From the NCBI GenBank assembly GCA_963674945.2, contig CAXXWQ010000004.1, forward strand, positions 832,001 to 896,000: DNA of 64,000 nt. Direction: 5' to 3'. Of this stretch, positions 28,694 through 39,178 are shown piece by piece. The position numbers were made by a program, and so were the translations under genes. The DNA is from an uncultured Desulfosarcina sp. (GTDB taxonomy: Bacteria > Desulfobacterota > Desulfobacteria > Desulfobacterales > Desulfosarcinaceae). Numbering within the stretch: position 1 is the first letter of the stretch; each line of letters opens with the position of its first letter. A model generated the notes under the pieces. The model saw only the letters and a list, made by a program, of their open reading frames with translations, was not told the origin of the DNA and did no database searches.

Positions 28694-30841
28694 ATGGGCA
28701 ACACACAACCTGCACAACCATTGTTCCCCCATTTGCCGGAACGCCTTGCAGGCCTGGAAGAACTGGCGGAAAATCTCTGGTGGAGCTGGAATCCGGGCGC
28801 CCGGGTGCTCTTCAAGGCACTAGACCGTCAGGCCTGGAAGGAGAGCGGTCACAACCCGGACAAGATGCTCAGGGAGTTACCCCGGGAACTTCTGGAAAAA
28901 GCCAGGGCCGATGCCGATTATCTCCGTAGGTTTGATGATGTGATGGCTGTGTTCGGTCGCACCATGCAAAAAAAAGCGTGCGACTTGCTATCGCCTTTTT
29001 CACTGGACCACAAGCTTGCCGTGGCCTACTTTTCCGCTGAATACGGTCTGCATCGATCCTTACCCTTCTATGCCGGCGGATTGGGTTTTCTGGCTGGCGA
29101 TTACCTGAAAGAATGCAGTGATTTAAATGTGCCGCTGGTGGCGGTGGGCTTCATGTACCCGGACGGCTATCTACGGCAACAGGTCCGGGATGACGGCTGG
29201 CAGGCGGATCTGGTGGAGCCCCTCGACCGTGAGGCCGCCCCGATTTCCAGGGTGAGGGACAAGAATGGACGGCAACTCGTCGTAACGGTCCCGCTGACCG
29301 ATCCGCCGATCCATGTCGCGGTGTGGAAGGTCGCCGTCGGGCGTGTTTCCCTTTACCTGATGGACACGGATGTCGAAACCAATGATCCCTGGAGCAGAGG
29401 GATCACCGCCCGGCTCTACATCGGCGATCTCGAGCAGCGCCTACGCCAGGAAATTGTCCTGGGGATCGGGGGGCCGGCGGTACTCAAGACGTTGGGCATC
29501 GACCATTACCTCCTGCACCTGAACGAAGGTCATGCAGCATTCGCGATTCTTGAACGTATCCGGGAATATATGCAAACCGGCAGTGACTTTGCCGCCGCTC
29601 GCCGAAATGTCATCGATTCCACCATCTTTACCACGCACACCCCGGTGCCGGCCGGTCACGATGTGTTTCCCTTTCAATTGATCGGCAAGTATTTTGATTC
29701 CTACTGGCCCGCCTTAGGCCTCGATCGCGACGCGTTTATCAACATGGGGATTCATCCGGAAAAGCCGGCTGCCGGATTCAATATGACGGCTTTCGCCCTG
29801 CGTCTGTCCGGCTGCCGGAACGCGGTGAGCAAACGACACGCCGAGGTCTCACGGAAGATGTGGCGAAGCCTCTGGCCCGACCTGCCGGAGGATCAGGTCC
29901 CCATCGATTTCGTTACCAACGGTGTCCATGTGCCCACCTGGATCGAACCGAAAATCAAGCTTCTTCTGGACACACACCTCGGTGTCGATTGGCTGGACAA
30001 GCATGACGATCCGGCCATATGGCAGCGCATCGACACCATCCCCGACAGCGAGCTGTGGAAAACGCATTACTGGCTCAAGGTGAAACTGATCGATGCCGTT
30101 CGGGAGCGCGCCCGTCTTCGCTGGGCCGATGGCGGGGGCAGCTCATCCGTCATGCTTGCCGGAGGCGCTTTCCTCGATCCATCGGTCCTGACGATTGGCT
30201 TTGCACGACGGTTCGCCACCTACAAGAGAGCCTTGCTGATCTTTCAGGATCTGGAGCGCCTGAAAAAACATTTCAAGGACCGCTGGCGCCCCATCCAGAT
30301 CATCTTCGCCGGCAAAGCCCATCCAGCCGACGACCCCGGGAAGGTTGTTCTGCAAAACCTTATAAACCTGTCGCGCGATCCCCGGATTGGAGGCCGGGTC
30401 GCTTTTGTGGAGGATTACGGCGAGCAGCTGGCCCAGTACCTGGTGCATGGGGTGGATGTATGGCTGAACACGCCGTTGCCTCCGTTTGAAGCTTGCGGGA
30501 CGAGCGGCATGAAGGCGGGCCTGAACGGCGTGCCCCATCTAAGCCTGCTGGACGGCTGGTGGGAAGAAGGGTTTAACGGGAAAAATGGCTGGGCCGTGGA
30601 GCACGATGCAAATGCCGAGAATCCGGATGGCCATGATGCCGAAAAGATCTACCGCCTTCTGGAAGAACAAATCATCCCGCTCTATTACAAGGTGTCGGAT
30701 AACGGAATTCCCCTTGAATGGGTCCGGCTGATGAAGGAAACCGTTAAAAGTGCGGCTTCCGGTTTCTCTGCACGCCGGATGGTCAAGCAATACATTGAAA
30801 AGTTTTATTCCAGCAGTATTCAACATGCGCTGGAGGATTAG
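28694..30841 (+). CDS. glgP: Alpha-glucan phosphorylase
   Basis: NLWWSW, YAGGLGFLAGD, HLNEGH, FARRFATYKR, EACGTSGMKA. Confidence 0.95.
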   Translation: MGNTQPAQPLFPHLPERLAGLEELAENLWWSWNPGARVLFKALDRQAWKESGHNPDKMLRELPRELLEKARADADYLRRFDDVMAVFGRTMQKKACDLLSPFSLDHKLAVAYFSAEYGLHRSLPFYAGGLGFLAGDYLKECSDLNVPLVAVGFMYPDGYLRQQVRDDGWQADLVEPLDREAAPISRVRDKNGRQLVVTVPLTDPPIHVAVWKVAVGRVSLYLMDTDVETNDPWSRGITARLYIGDLEQRLRQEIVLGIGGPAVLKTLGIDHYLLHLNEGHAAFAILERIREYMQTGSDFAAARRNVIDSTIFTTHTPVPAGHDVFPFQLIGKYFDSYWPALGLDRDAFINMGIHPEKPAAGFNMTAFALRLSGCRNAVSKRHAEVSRKMWRSLWPDLPEDQVPIDFVTNGVHVPTWIEPKIKLLLDTHLGVDWLDKHDDPAIWQRIDTIPDSELWKTHYWLKVKLIDAVRERARLRWADGGGSSSVMLAGGAFLDPSVLTIGFARRFATYKRALLIFQDLERLKKHFKDRWRPIQIIFAGKAHPADDPGKVVLQNLINLSRDPRIGGRVAFVEDYGEQLAQYLVHGVDVWLNTPLPPFEACGTSGMKAGLNGVPHLSLLDGWWEEGFNGKNGWAVEHDANAENPDGHDAEKIYRLLEEQIIPLYYKVSDNGIPLEWVRLMKETVKSAASGFSARRMVKQYIEKFYSSSIQHALED

Positions 30842-31078
30842 ACCGTGTCCGCTTAGCAAAGATAGAAAAACCATGCCCGCTGAATAAGAAATCGATGTCT
30901 TGAAATTGGATAACGCCTGTTGTTATGATCAACGTGGGTGACATCAGGCGTAACAAAAAACGGTAGCGCTTCTTTCATCATCGTTTCAGCGGCAAGGATA
31001 GTGTCTATCCAGAAATGGCCAATTTCTTGAACAACGGCTACGGGCAGCTACTTCAGACACCATCCACGAGGACGCGGC

Positions 31079-34072
31079 ATGCCAACGAAGAAAAACAGCA
31101 CTATCCCAATAAAAGCCGCAGCAAAGGCAAAAACCGGCCGGGCAAAACGTGCACCGAATAGTCCGGCTGTAAACAAACGGTTTCCGGTGGTCGGCCTGGG
31201 TGCATCCGCCGGCGGGCTGGACGCGCTGAGATCTTTTTTTCACGAGGTGACGGCGAACAGCGGCATGGCCTTTATCGTGGTGGTCCATATGGCCCCCAAA
31301 CAGCCAAGCCTGATGCCCGAGCTTTTGCAGAAAGTCACCCCGGTGCCGGTTTCCGTCGCCCAGGACGGGCAGATCCTTGCACCGGATCATATCTACGTCA
31401 TCGCACCGGACAAGGAGATCAGTGTATTCAAAGGCAAGATCCAGCTACTGGATATTTTAGATAAACGCGCGACCCTGCCCATCGATGCCTTCCTCAAATC
31501 GCTGGCCAATGACCAGGGGGCCCACGCGGCGGCGGTCATTTTATCGGGCACCGGCACGGACGGCACCCTCGGCGCAAAGGCGATTCAAGCCAACGGCGGC
31601 CTGGTCCTGGTTCAATCGGAAGCGTCGGCCGGTTATGACGGCATGCCCCGCAGCGCCATCGGCAGCGGCGCGGCGGATATCATCGCGCCTCCCGAACAGA
31701 TGCCCCAAAAGCTCAGCCACTATTTTACGCACGCCAAGAAGGCGTTCGTCAAACAGCCTGCCGCCCCCGCTGCCATAAAGGATCAACTGGAGTGGCTGGA
31801 CAAGATCTTTGCCATTTTGCGATCCCGGATCGGACATGATTTTTCCCAATACAAGGTTAATACGTTGCTGCGCCGCATCGATCGCCGCATGGGACTGAAT
31901 CAGATCATGAGCCATGAGCAATATGTGCGCTATCTGCGCGAAAATCCCGCCGAGGTGGAGGCGTTGTTCCGGGAGCTGTTGATCGGGGTGACCCAATTTT
32001 TCCGCGACGCCGACTCGTTCAATCTTCTTAAAACCAACATCCTGCCTGAACTGTTGGGCCGCTTGAAAGAAAACGACACGCTGCGGGCCTGGATTCCGGG
32101 CTGCTCCACAGGCGAAGAGGTCTATTCTCTGGCCATGGTGATCCGCGAGACCCTGGACACAACCCCCAAACCGATCAACCTGCAACTGTTCGGCACGGAC
32201 ATTGACGACGCGGCCATCGACAAAGCCCGCCAAGGGCTTTATCCGGCCAGTATCGCCGCGGATGTCGGTGGCCATCGCCTGAAACGGTTTTTCACCAAAG
32301 AGGGTGATTATTTTCGCATCCGCAAAGAGATCAGAGACATTGCCGTTTTCTCGGTCCAAAACCTGATCAAGGATCCGCCTTTTTCACGACTCAACCTGCT
32401 GTGCTGCCGCAACCTGTTGATCTATCTGGACAGTGATGCCCAACGAAAAATTTTGCCCTTGTTCCATTACACCCTGGCGAGCGAAGGCATCCTCGTATTG
32501 GGATCTTCCGAAACCATCGGTGGGTTTTCCAATCTTTTCAAGACGCTGGATAAGAAATGGAAGATTTTTCAACGGCGCGAGGTGCCCCTGGCCCTGCGTC
32601 TGCAGGTTGATTTCCCCAGCGGCCCGACCACAGTTGGCTCAGGTGTGGGCGTGGGGCCGGCGTCCGCGCCGGAGACGCCCAAAATCAATGTCGCCCAGAT
32701 CACCCAAAAGGCCATTCTGGAACAGTTTGCCCCCACGGCCATTCTCATCGATGCCGAAGGTAATATTTTGCATGTCCAGGGCCGCACCGGAAAATATCTG
32801 GAAACCCCCAGCGGGCCGCCCACGCGCAACATCCTGGATATGACCCGCCAGGGGCTGCGCATCGAACTCTCCTCGGCCATCCGGGCCGCCCAATCGTCCA
32901 GCCAACCGGTGATCCGAAAAAAAATAGCCGTGAAAACCAACGGCGACGTTCAATGGGTCGATCTGCATGTCTGTCCCCAAAATGCATCAAAGGCCCTTGC
33001 CGGGGCGTTGCTGGTGGTGTTCGAGGATGTCGTGACCGCCACAGACGCCGATGGTCCACATGACGATCGAAACAACTTGCACCAAGAGACCCACCGCATC
33101 GTGGAACTGGAGAGAGAACTGCAGAGCACCCGCGAAAGCCATCAGACCACCGTCGAGGAATTGGAGTCTACCAACGAGGAGCTCAAATCCATTAACGAAG
33201 AGATGCAGTCTTCCAATGAAGAGTTCCAATCCACCAATGAGGAGCTGGAATCTTCCAGAGAGGAACTCCAGTCATTGAACGAGGAGCTGCAGACGGTCAA
33301 CGCCGAGCTGCAAAGCAAGGTGGAAGAGCTGTCGGCGGTCCACGACGACATACGCAATTTGCTCAACAGCACGGAGATCGCCACCATTTTCGTGGACAAC
33401 AGCATGCGGGTCAAGCGATTCACACCCGGAGCGACGGCCATCATCAATCTGATTCAGACCGACGTTGGGCGCCCGCTAGGGCACGTGGCCACCAATTTGT
33501 CCTATAAGGGGCTGATGGACGATCTGGGTGATGTGATAAAGAATCTCACCCCCAGGGAGGCCGAGGTGCGGACCATGGAAGGCGCATGGTATAAGATGCA
33601 CATTCTCCCCTATCGCACCATGGACAATCGCATCGACGGCGCGGTGCTCACCTTTACCGCCATCAATGAGCAGAAACAGGCCCAACAGGTGCTGAGTTCC
33701 GCCAAAATAGAAATGGAGCAGGCCTGGCTTTTGATACGCAAAATTTTCGATATGAATTCCGATCCACTGGTCGTGCTTGACCGTGACGGCAAAATGGTCA
33801 TGGCCAATTCGGCGTTTGCGAATTTGATGAAAATTCGACCTGAAACAGTTAAAAACATGGATATCTTCACCATCGACAACCGCCCGCTGGATCGGACCGA
33901 CCAGAAGGCCGAATTGAAAGCGGCTCTGGAAAAAGGAGAAAATTTCCAAATCGACCCGGGCAAGATACCCCCATCGGAGGAAACAGATGCATACCGAATG
34001 ATAGGCCAGGTCATTCGTGCGGACGATGATTCGCCCTACAGTATTCTTCTGCGGTTTGCAAAGGAACGCTGA
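31079..34072 (+). CDS. CheB-CheR fusion with coiled coil and PAS domains (CheBR)
   Basis: CheB GASAGG/H/GTGTDG; CheR VTQFFRD, GCSTGEEVYS, CRNLLIY; repeated NEE heptads; PAS domains. Confidence 0.93.
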   Translation: MPTKKNSTIPIKAAAKAKTGRAKRAPNSPAVNKRFPVVGLGASAGGLDALRSFFHEVTANSGMAFIVVVHMAPKQPSLMPELLQKVTPVPVSVAQDGQILAPDHIYVIAPDKEISVFKGKIQLLDILDKRATLPIDAFLKSLANDQGAHAAAVILSGTGTDGTLGAKAIQANGGLVLVQSEASAGYDGMPRSAIGSGAADIIAPPEQMPQKLSHYFTHAKKAFVKQPAAPAAIKDQLEWLDKIFAILRSRIGHDFSQYKVNTLLRRIDRRMGLNQIMSHEQYVRYLRENPAEVEALFRELLIGVTQFFRDADSFNLLKTNILPELLGRLKENDTLRAWIPGCSTGEEVYSLAMVIRETLDTTPKPINLQLFGTDIDDAAIDKARQGLYPASIAADVGGHRLKRFFTKEGDYFRIRKEIRDIAVFSVQNLIKDPPFSRLNLLCCRNLLIYLDSDAQRKILPLFHYTLASEGILVLGSSETIGGFSNLFKTLDKKWKIFQRREVPLALRLQVDFPSGPTTVGSGVGVGPASAPETPKINVAQITQKAILEQFAPTAILIDAEGNILHVQGRTGKYLETPSGPPTRNILDMTRQGLRIELSSAIRAAQSSSQPVIRKKIAVKTNGDVQWVDLHVCPQNASKALAGALLVVFEDVVTATDADGPHDDRNNLHQETHRIVELERELQSTRESHQTTVEELESTNEELKSINEEMQSSNEEFQSTNEELESSREELQSLNEELQTVNAELQSKVEELSAVHDDIRNLLNSTEIATIFVDNSMRVKRFTPGATAIINLIQTDVGRPLGHVATNLSYKGLMDDLGDVIKNLTPREAEVRTMEGAWYKMHILPYRTMDNRIDGAVLTFTAINEQKQAQQVLSSAKIEMEQAWLLIRKIFDMNSDPLVVLDRDGKMVMANSAFANLMKIRPETVKNMDIFTIDNRPLDRTDQKAELKAALEKGENFQIDPGKIPPSEETDAYRMIGQVIRADDDSPYSILLRFAKER

Positions 34073-34085
34073 AAGGAAGTAAAAA

Positions 34086-35609
34086 ATGACTGCATCACGA
34101 GACCCACATACCAAATTTGACCGGCTTCGCCGGCAAGCCGAAGGATTGATCGACCAACGATCCGATCCCACCTTTGGGGCATCCACCGATATCCTTGAGC
34201 TGATCCATGAACTCAAAATCCATCAAACGGAACTGGAGATCCAGAACGAAGAGCTTAAACGGGCCCAACTGGAGCTGATCGACCTGTATCGGCAATTTGA
34301 AGATTTATATGAATTCGCGCCGTGCGGTTATCTCAACCTCGATCCAAAGGGATTGGTTTCCCGCATCAACCTGGCCGGAGTGATCCTTTTAAATGGTTTG
34401 CGCGAAAAAATCCTGCACACCGGTTTCAGCCGGTTCGTTGCCCCGAACCGGCAAGATGCCTACCTTAACGCCCTGAAAAATGCAGGCCTCACCGGTGAAA
34501 AGCAAAGCCTGGAATTGCGGCTCAATAGCGCCAAGGAAGCGCGATCCTGGGTCTGGGCGCAGATTCAGGCGGAGCGGGCCGAAACCGGCGCGGTGCTTCA
34601 GTGGCGAATGACGCTGGTGGACGTCTCCGCGAAAAAAGAAGTTGAAATCGCCTTGCAGGGCAGTGAGAAGAAATTCCGGCAGTTGTTCAATGAAATGGTC
34701 GGCGGGGCCGTGTTGCTGGAAATCACGGATCTTGATCAGCGGGGCCGTCCCACAGTTGCCCAAATCGTGGAGGCCAACACGGCTTTCGAGCACCTGACCG
34801 GCATCCCGCGCGACCAGGCCATCGGACGAACCATCCGCGAGATCTGGCCGCAGACGGGACCCTTCTGGTTCGAACTGTTCAGCCGGGCCCTGAGCACCGG
34901 CAAACCCTTTCAGATGGAACAAATTCATCTGGAATTGGGCCGGCATTTCCTGGTATCGGCGTTTATCGTGGAGGACCGACGCATCGGCGCCACCTTCATT
35001 GACATCACCGCCCAAAAAAAAATCGAGGCCACGCTCGAAAATGCCAAGCGGAATCTGGAAACCCAAGTAAAAAACCGCACGGCGGAACTGCAGCGGTCCA
35101 ATCAGGATCTGCAAAAACAAATTGAATCGCGAAAGCTGGCTCAAAGGGCGTTGCTGCAAAAATCAACTGAGCTGGAAGACCGCACAGTGGCATTGGAAGA
35201 GGCCAACATCGCCTTAAAGGTGCTGCTCAAAGAGCGTGAAAATGAGCGCCACGCCCTTGAAGAAAAAGTGGTCTGCAACATTAACGAGCTGATCCGGCCG
35301 TTTCTTGAAAAACTGGCGGCCGGGAACCCAAGACCACGACAACGGGAGCTGGTTGATGCCATCAAAAGCAGCCTGGACGACATCACCTCACCGCTGAGCA
35401 GACGGTTCATCATTGAGAGCAGTCAGTTAACACCGGCCGAAACCCAGGTGGCCAACTTTATCCGCCAAGGCAAAACCACCAAACAGATCGCCGATCTGCT
35501 GGGCGTGGCCACCAGCACCATCGATTTTCACCGGGGTAACCTTCGTCAAAAGCTCGGGCTGACCAACAAAGAGATCAATCTGCAATCGCATCTCAAATCT
35601 CTATTATAA
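34086..35609 (+). CDS. PAS-PAS-LuxR transcriptional regulator
   Basis: [17 protein letters not shown] coiled coil, two PAS domains, C-terminal LTPAE...GKTTKQIA...[13 protein letters not shown]. Confidence 0.9.
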   Translation: MTASRDPHTKFDRLRRQAEGLIDQRSDPTFGASTDILELIHELKIHQTELEIQNEELKRAQLELIDLYRQFEDLYEFAPCGYLNLDPKGLVSRINLAGVILLNGLREKILHTGFSRFVAPNRQDAYLNALKNAGLTGEKQSLELRLNSAKEARSWVWAQIQAERAETGAVLQWRMTLVDVSAKKEVEIALQGSEKKFRQLFNEMVGGAVLLEITDLDQRGRPTVAQIVEANTAFEHLTGIPRDQAIGRTIREIWPQTGPFWFELFSRALSTGKPFQMEQIHLELGRHFLVSAFIVEDRRIGATFIDITAQKKIEATLENAKRNLETQVKNRTAELQRSNQDLQKQIESRKLAQRALLQKSTELEDRTVALEEANIALKVLLKERENERHALEEKVVCNINELIRPFLEKLAAGNPRPRQRELVDAIKSSLDDITSPLSRRFIIESSQLTPAETQVANFIRQGKTTKQIADLLGVATSTIDFHRGNLRQKLGLTNKEINLQSHLKSLL

Positions 35610-35820
35610 TAAGAGGATTTCCCCCGCATTCCCCTCCTGTTTGTCCCGCCTTGCGGTATTGCCGCCGCTCGATTATATTGTATTTACTGAAAAAGACATC
35701 CAACATTCTCACATTGTATGCCTACGCACAACGCTGACCTTCAGATTGCCTGAAAACCGAAGTAAGTGACACATCCATCTGAATTTCACCCCCATGACTG
35801 GACGACGTGAAGGGAAACCG

Positions 35821-36021
35821 ATGATATCTTCGCCTTGTAGAAACTGTGATAAGCGCCATATGCCCAAAGACATGTGCATAAAAGACTGCGAGAAAATCGC
35901 GGCGATTCAACAATCTCAGAATATCATGCGCACACCGCCATATTCGTGCAACGACAGTTCCGATACATTTGACGGTCTGCATGAATTGTCTTTTGGTGTA
36001 ACTTCCGGCGAGGTCGGTTAA
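35821..36021 (+). CDS. Small Cys-rich hypothetical protein
   Basis: SPCRNC...C...C; AAGGGA RBS. Confidence 0.6.
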   Translation: MISSPCRNCDKRHMPKDMCIKDCEKIAAIQQSQNIMRTPPYSCNDSSDTFDGLHELSFGVTSGEVG

Positions 36022-36053
36022 ATGAAATTTAGGGCTATGAGAGGAACAATAGA

Positions 36054-36518
36054 ATGACTTTTACTGCTCGTGCCGTTGAAAGCAAACCGTCTCCTTTGGT
36101 TGTTGATGACATTGAGACATATCCGCGGAAGCAAAAAAAACAATACGGACATCCTTTCCGCAGCCTGGTGGTCGATGATGACCACACGATTCTTGACATC
36201 GTGGCCCAAATGCTCGCCCGGCTCGGTTTCCAGGTCGAAACGGCCCAGGAGAAACCTGACGTGATGAATAAGGTGACCACCGGCACCTACGATCTTTTGG
36301 TCACGGATCTGGAGATGCCGGAACTGAATGGCTACCATCTGACCCAAAGGATCAAGAAGGAAGTGGATGACACCAAGGTGATTATCATGACAGGCGTTCA
36401 TGAGGACGATTGTCTTGAAATGATGGCCACGCGGTGGGTGGACGGATGGCTTTTCAAGCCGTTCGGATTGAATGAACTGCGCGCCATGCTCCAGCGGTTG
36501 GGGTTGCTCAAGCATTGA
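36054..36518 (+). CDS. Stand-alone response regulator receiver protein
   Basis: LVVDDD, TDLEMP, IMTG, KPF. Confidence 0.9.
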   Translation: MTFTARAVESKPSPLVVDDIETYPRKQKKQYGHPFRSLVVDDDHTILDIVAQMLARLGFQVETAQEKPDVMNKVTTGTYDLLVTDLEMPELNGYHLTQRIKKEVDDTKVIIMTGVHEDDCLEMMATRWVDGWLFKPFGLNELRAMLQRLGLLKH

Positions 36519-36596
36519 CACCGCGCACCCCTGTGCACATCCGGCGGCTATGAATGAATAGATCCGTCGAAATCAACGATTCACAGAGAATGGAAA

Positions 36597-36848
36597 ATGA
36601 ACCCCATCGCGACTCAAATGGATGAACTGGTCACCCGGATTGTACAAGCCCTCGTAGACAGCCCCCAGGAAGTTCGGGTCAATACAATTCAAGGCGGCCA
36701 CACCATGGTGTTGGAACTGCGTGTGGCCAAGGAAGACATCGGCAAGGTGATCGGCAAACAGGGCCGGACCGCCCAGGCCATGCGGACCCTTCTTGGAGCC
36801 TTCTCCGCCAAAAACAAAAAACGCGCGATGCTGGAAATTGTTGAATAG
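36597..36848 (+). CDS. khpA: KH-domain RNA-binding protein (KhpA/UPF0109 paralog)
   Basis: LVDSP..V, EDIGKVIGKQGRTA.AMRT. Confidence 0.9.
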   Translation: MNPIATQMDELVTRIVQALVDSPQEVRVNTIQGGHTMVLELRVAKEDIGKVIGKQGRTAQAMRTLLGAFSAKNKKRAMLEIVE

Positions 36849-36879
36849 AGAACGCCTGAATTGATCGATCACGGAGGGT

Positions 36880-37101
36880 ATGTACGATATGGAAAACCAC
36901 GACCCAAATATGAATGAAGAGAGAAGGCGCGCCAGGTCGAAAGCTGACTTTATCAGACGAAGCGGCATTGGACCGGACCTTGCCAAGTTCTTGACTGATT
37001 TTACCGAAAGGCCCGAAATCCTCTTCTCACTGTCTTTGGATAGGTATCGTGAAATTGAATATCAGATGGATGCTATTTTATCTTCGTTTGAGAAACGATA
37101 A
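36880..37101 (+). CDS. Hypothetical protein
   Basis: GGAGG RBS; 73 aa. Confidence 0.55.
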   Translation: MYDMENHDPNMNEERRRARSKADFIRRSGIGPDLAKFLTDFTERPEILFSLSLDRYREIEYQMDAILSSFEKR

Positions 37102-37233
37102 ACCATCCCCATGCATAAGCATAAGAACACCGGTAGTGTGGAATTAAAAGGCGATCGACAGAAAAGACAGTCGGTCTTTATACAGGGAGCGAAAAATCGC
37201 CCCTAAACAGCAAAACAAAAGGAAGGTCCCAAA

Positions 37234-37608
37234 ATGAAAACCTCAAGAATGACGATGTTGATCCTGGCGGTGTTGGCTGTAACGGTATTTGTAGTGGTGC
37301 CGACGGTGGGGGCAGCCGAAAAGATGGCGAAACCAGCGGCATCGGCGGTGCCGGAGGCAAGTATGTCCAAAATGGCCCAGCAGGAAGTCACGGCCACGGG
37401 AACGATTGTCGAGACGAAGAACGCGGAGGGTAAAGTCAGCGGATGCATGCTCGAGCAGGCAGACGGCCAAAGCATGATGCTCTCCGAAGGCGGAAAGGGT
37501 ATGGAGCTGGGCAAAATGGTTGGGAAAAAGGTCAAAGTGGTTGGCACCCTGGAGGAGGTCAAGGGAGTTAAAACCATTACGCCGATCGAATTCGAGGAAA
37601 TTAAGTAG
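37234..37608 (+). CDS. Exported hypothetical protein, possibly OB-fold
   Basis: Signal peptide; T.TG.I...GKKVKVVGT beta pattern. Confidence 0.75.
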   Translation: MKTSRMTMLILAVLAVTVFVVVPTVGAAEKMAKPAASAVPEASMSKMAQQEVTATGTIVETKNAEGKVSGCMLEQADGQSMMLSEGGKGMELGKMVGKKVKVVGTLEEVKGVKTITPIEFEEIK

Positions 37609-37635
37609 CGTTCAGCCGATCGGGCGGGCGCTATC

Positions 37636-37748
37636 GGGCAGGATGGAGGGTTCGCGCCCACCATCCTGCCCCACCACCGTTGTGACCAACCATTTTTCCA
37701 GTCGGTGCTGTCCATCCCCCTGGTGGGCGGCACCGGCTGTTTTTTTTC
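37636..37748 (+). terminator. Two tandem hairpins, the second with a T run (intrinsic terminator)
   Basis: gggcaggatgg...ccatcctgccc and cagtcggtgctgtcc...gggcggcaccggctg followed by T8. Confidence 0.7.
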
Positions 37749-37775
37749 TGGGATCAACGAGGCGCCTCCCGAATA

Positions 37776-37920
37776 GGTCATATGTGACCACCGGTTGAAT
37801 ATGACCCTTTTTTGATGACGGTCAAAGCCGGCTCGCAATCCATGGTTGAATCAATTTTACTTAAATATCGCAATGATGGGGTATTGCCGTTGGTTTTTGA
37901 AACCTGGCACAAAGATTGAA
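37776..37920 (+). promoter_or_regulatory. Sigma-54 promoter 2 with upstream tandem palindrome
   Basis: GGTCAtatgTGACC-acc-GGTTGaataTGACC at 37776-37806; TGGCAC-N5-TTGAA at 37905-37920. Confidence 0.75.
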
Positions 37921-38197
37921 AATCCATCAATTAGAAAATATCAGCACGACGATTTCCGTTAGCGTTATTTTTCATCTTCCGATACGCGATGGCGCTTTTC
38001 TTGAACCATTGCCGACCGAGGCATCACCGCCGTCTGACGTTCGCGATGCCTTCATTCTCAAATTCATTTCCTCGTTGGCCCGACAATAGAGCCGTCAATC
38101 TTTAACCGGTGGAGAGTTTAAATAAGTTCAGAAAAAAGCCCAATTGGTCTTTTACAAGAGAACTTCATCACAACAGTTATTCAACAGGAGGTCTACC

Positions 38198-38377
38198 ATG
38201 AAATCAAGCACCCAGGACAAGGCAGAAGGCAAGTGGCACAAAGTGAAGGGTAAGATCAAGCAGGTCGCCGGAAAAGCACTCGGGAACCGTGACCTGGAAG
38301 CCGAAGGCAAGGCCGAAAATGTTGACGGGAAGGTTCGGGAAAAGATCGGCGAGATAAAGGACGTCGTAGATAAGTAA
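38198..38377 (+). CDS. CsbD-family stress protein
   Basis: DKAEGK..KVKGKIK..AG...N.DLEAEG...GK...KIG; AGGAGG RBS. Confidence 0.9.
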   Translation: MKSSTQDKAEGKWHKVKGKIKQVAGKALGNRDLEAEGKAENVDGKVREKIGEIKDVVDK

Positions 38378-38427
38378 ACATGGACGCCTGTCAGAAGAAT
38401 CTGATGGCGTTAAGAAAGGAGGCCGCC

Positions 38428-38577
38428 ATGCTTTGGACCATATTTGTGATTCTTTTAGTACTTTGGGGGTTGGGATTGATGACCGGGACCACGTTGGGGG
38501 GCGCGATCCATGCCCTGCTGGTCATCGCCATTATAGTAATACTGATCCAGGTGCTTCAAGGACGAAGACGGGCGTAA
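38428..38577 (+). CDS. lmo0937-family small membrane protein
   Basis: MLWTIFVILLVLW.LG......GG.IH.LLVIAII. Confidence 0.88.
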   Translation: MLWTIFVILLVLWGLGLMTGTTLGGAIHALLVIAIIVILIQVLQGRRRA

Positions 38578-38589
38578 CCCGTTTGACCT

Positions 38590-38684
38590 TCGCCAGACAA
38601 GGCGAGCTATTTAAAATAGCGGTCGAAATCACTCGCACTGTCAAGGGGGTCGAATCCGTCAAGAATGATCTAATCGTCAAGTAG
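38590..38684 (+). pseudogene. C-terminal remnant of a BON-domain gene
   Basis: AVEITRTVKGVESVKNDLIVK* closely parallels the end of 38735..39148; no start or N-terminus. Confidence 0.65.
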
Positions 38685-38734
38685 TTGACCATTATTCTTA
38701 CTTTACTCAATTATGCATCGTTCGCAAAAGGAGA

Positions 38735-39148
38735 TTGAAAATGAGTTTATCGCACAGAGGTTTCATCATCGTTGTTCTATTATCCTTTTTTCTCGCATTA
38801 GCCGGTTGTGAACAGAAGGGAACTGCCGAGAAGGCCGGGGAAAAAGTTGATCAAGCAGTTGAAAAAGTAAGCGAAAAAATTTCAGGCGCTAAGGAAGCGA
38901 TCAGCGACGAAGCGGAAAAAACTGGAGAATACATGAATGATTCCGCTATCACAGCCAAAATTAAGGCGGATATCTTGAGTGACCCTTTGCTTAAAGTCTT
39001 CCAGATCAACGTGACCACGACAAACGGCGTGGTTACGCTGAGCGGCGTCGTTGATTCCCGGCAAAGCATCGAAAGAGCAATGGAAATTACCCATAGTGTC
39101 AAGGATGTAAAATCGGTCGAAAACGACCTTGTCGTCAAGGGCTCCTGA
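38735..39148 (+). CDS. BON-domain (OsmY-like) lipoprotein
   Basis: LAGC lipobox; DSAITAKIKA...INVTTTNGVVTLSG. Confidence 0.92.
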   Translation: MKMSLSHRGFIIVVLLSFFLALAGCEQKGTAEKAGEKVDQAVEKVSEKISGAKEAISDEAEKTGEYMNDSAITAKIKADILSDPLLKVFQINVTTTNGVVTLSGVVDSRQSIERAMEITHSVKDVKSVENDLVVKGS

Positions 39149-39178
39149 ACCACGATTTTCGAGAAAGGAAGGAAAGCC

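Noticed and set aside
33140..33330. Repetitive aacgaggag-like DNA
   Set aside because: Explained by the NEEL heptad coding repeat of CheBR
31079..34072. Chemotaxis operon
   Set aside because: No cheA, cheW or MCP; the architecture is the orphan CheBR type
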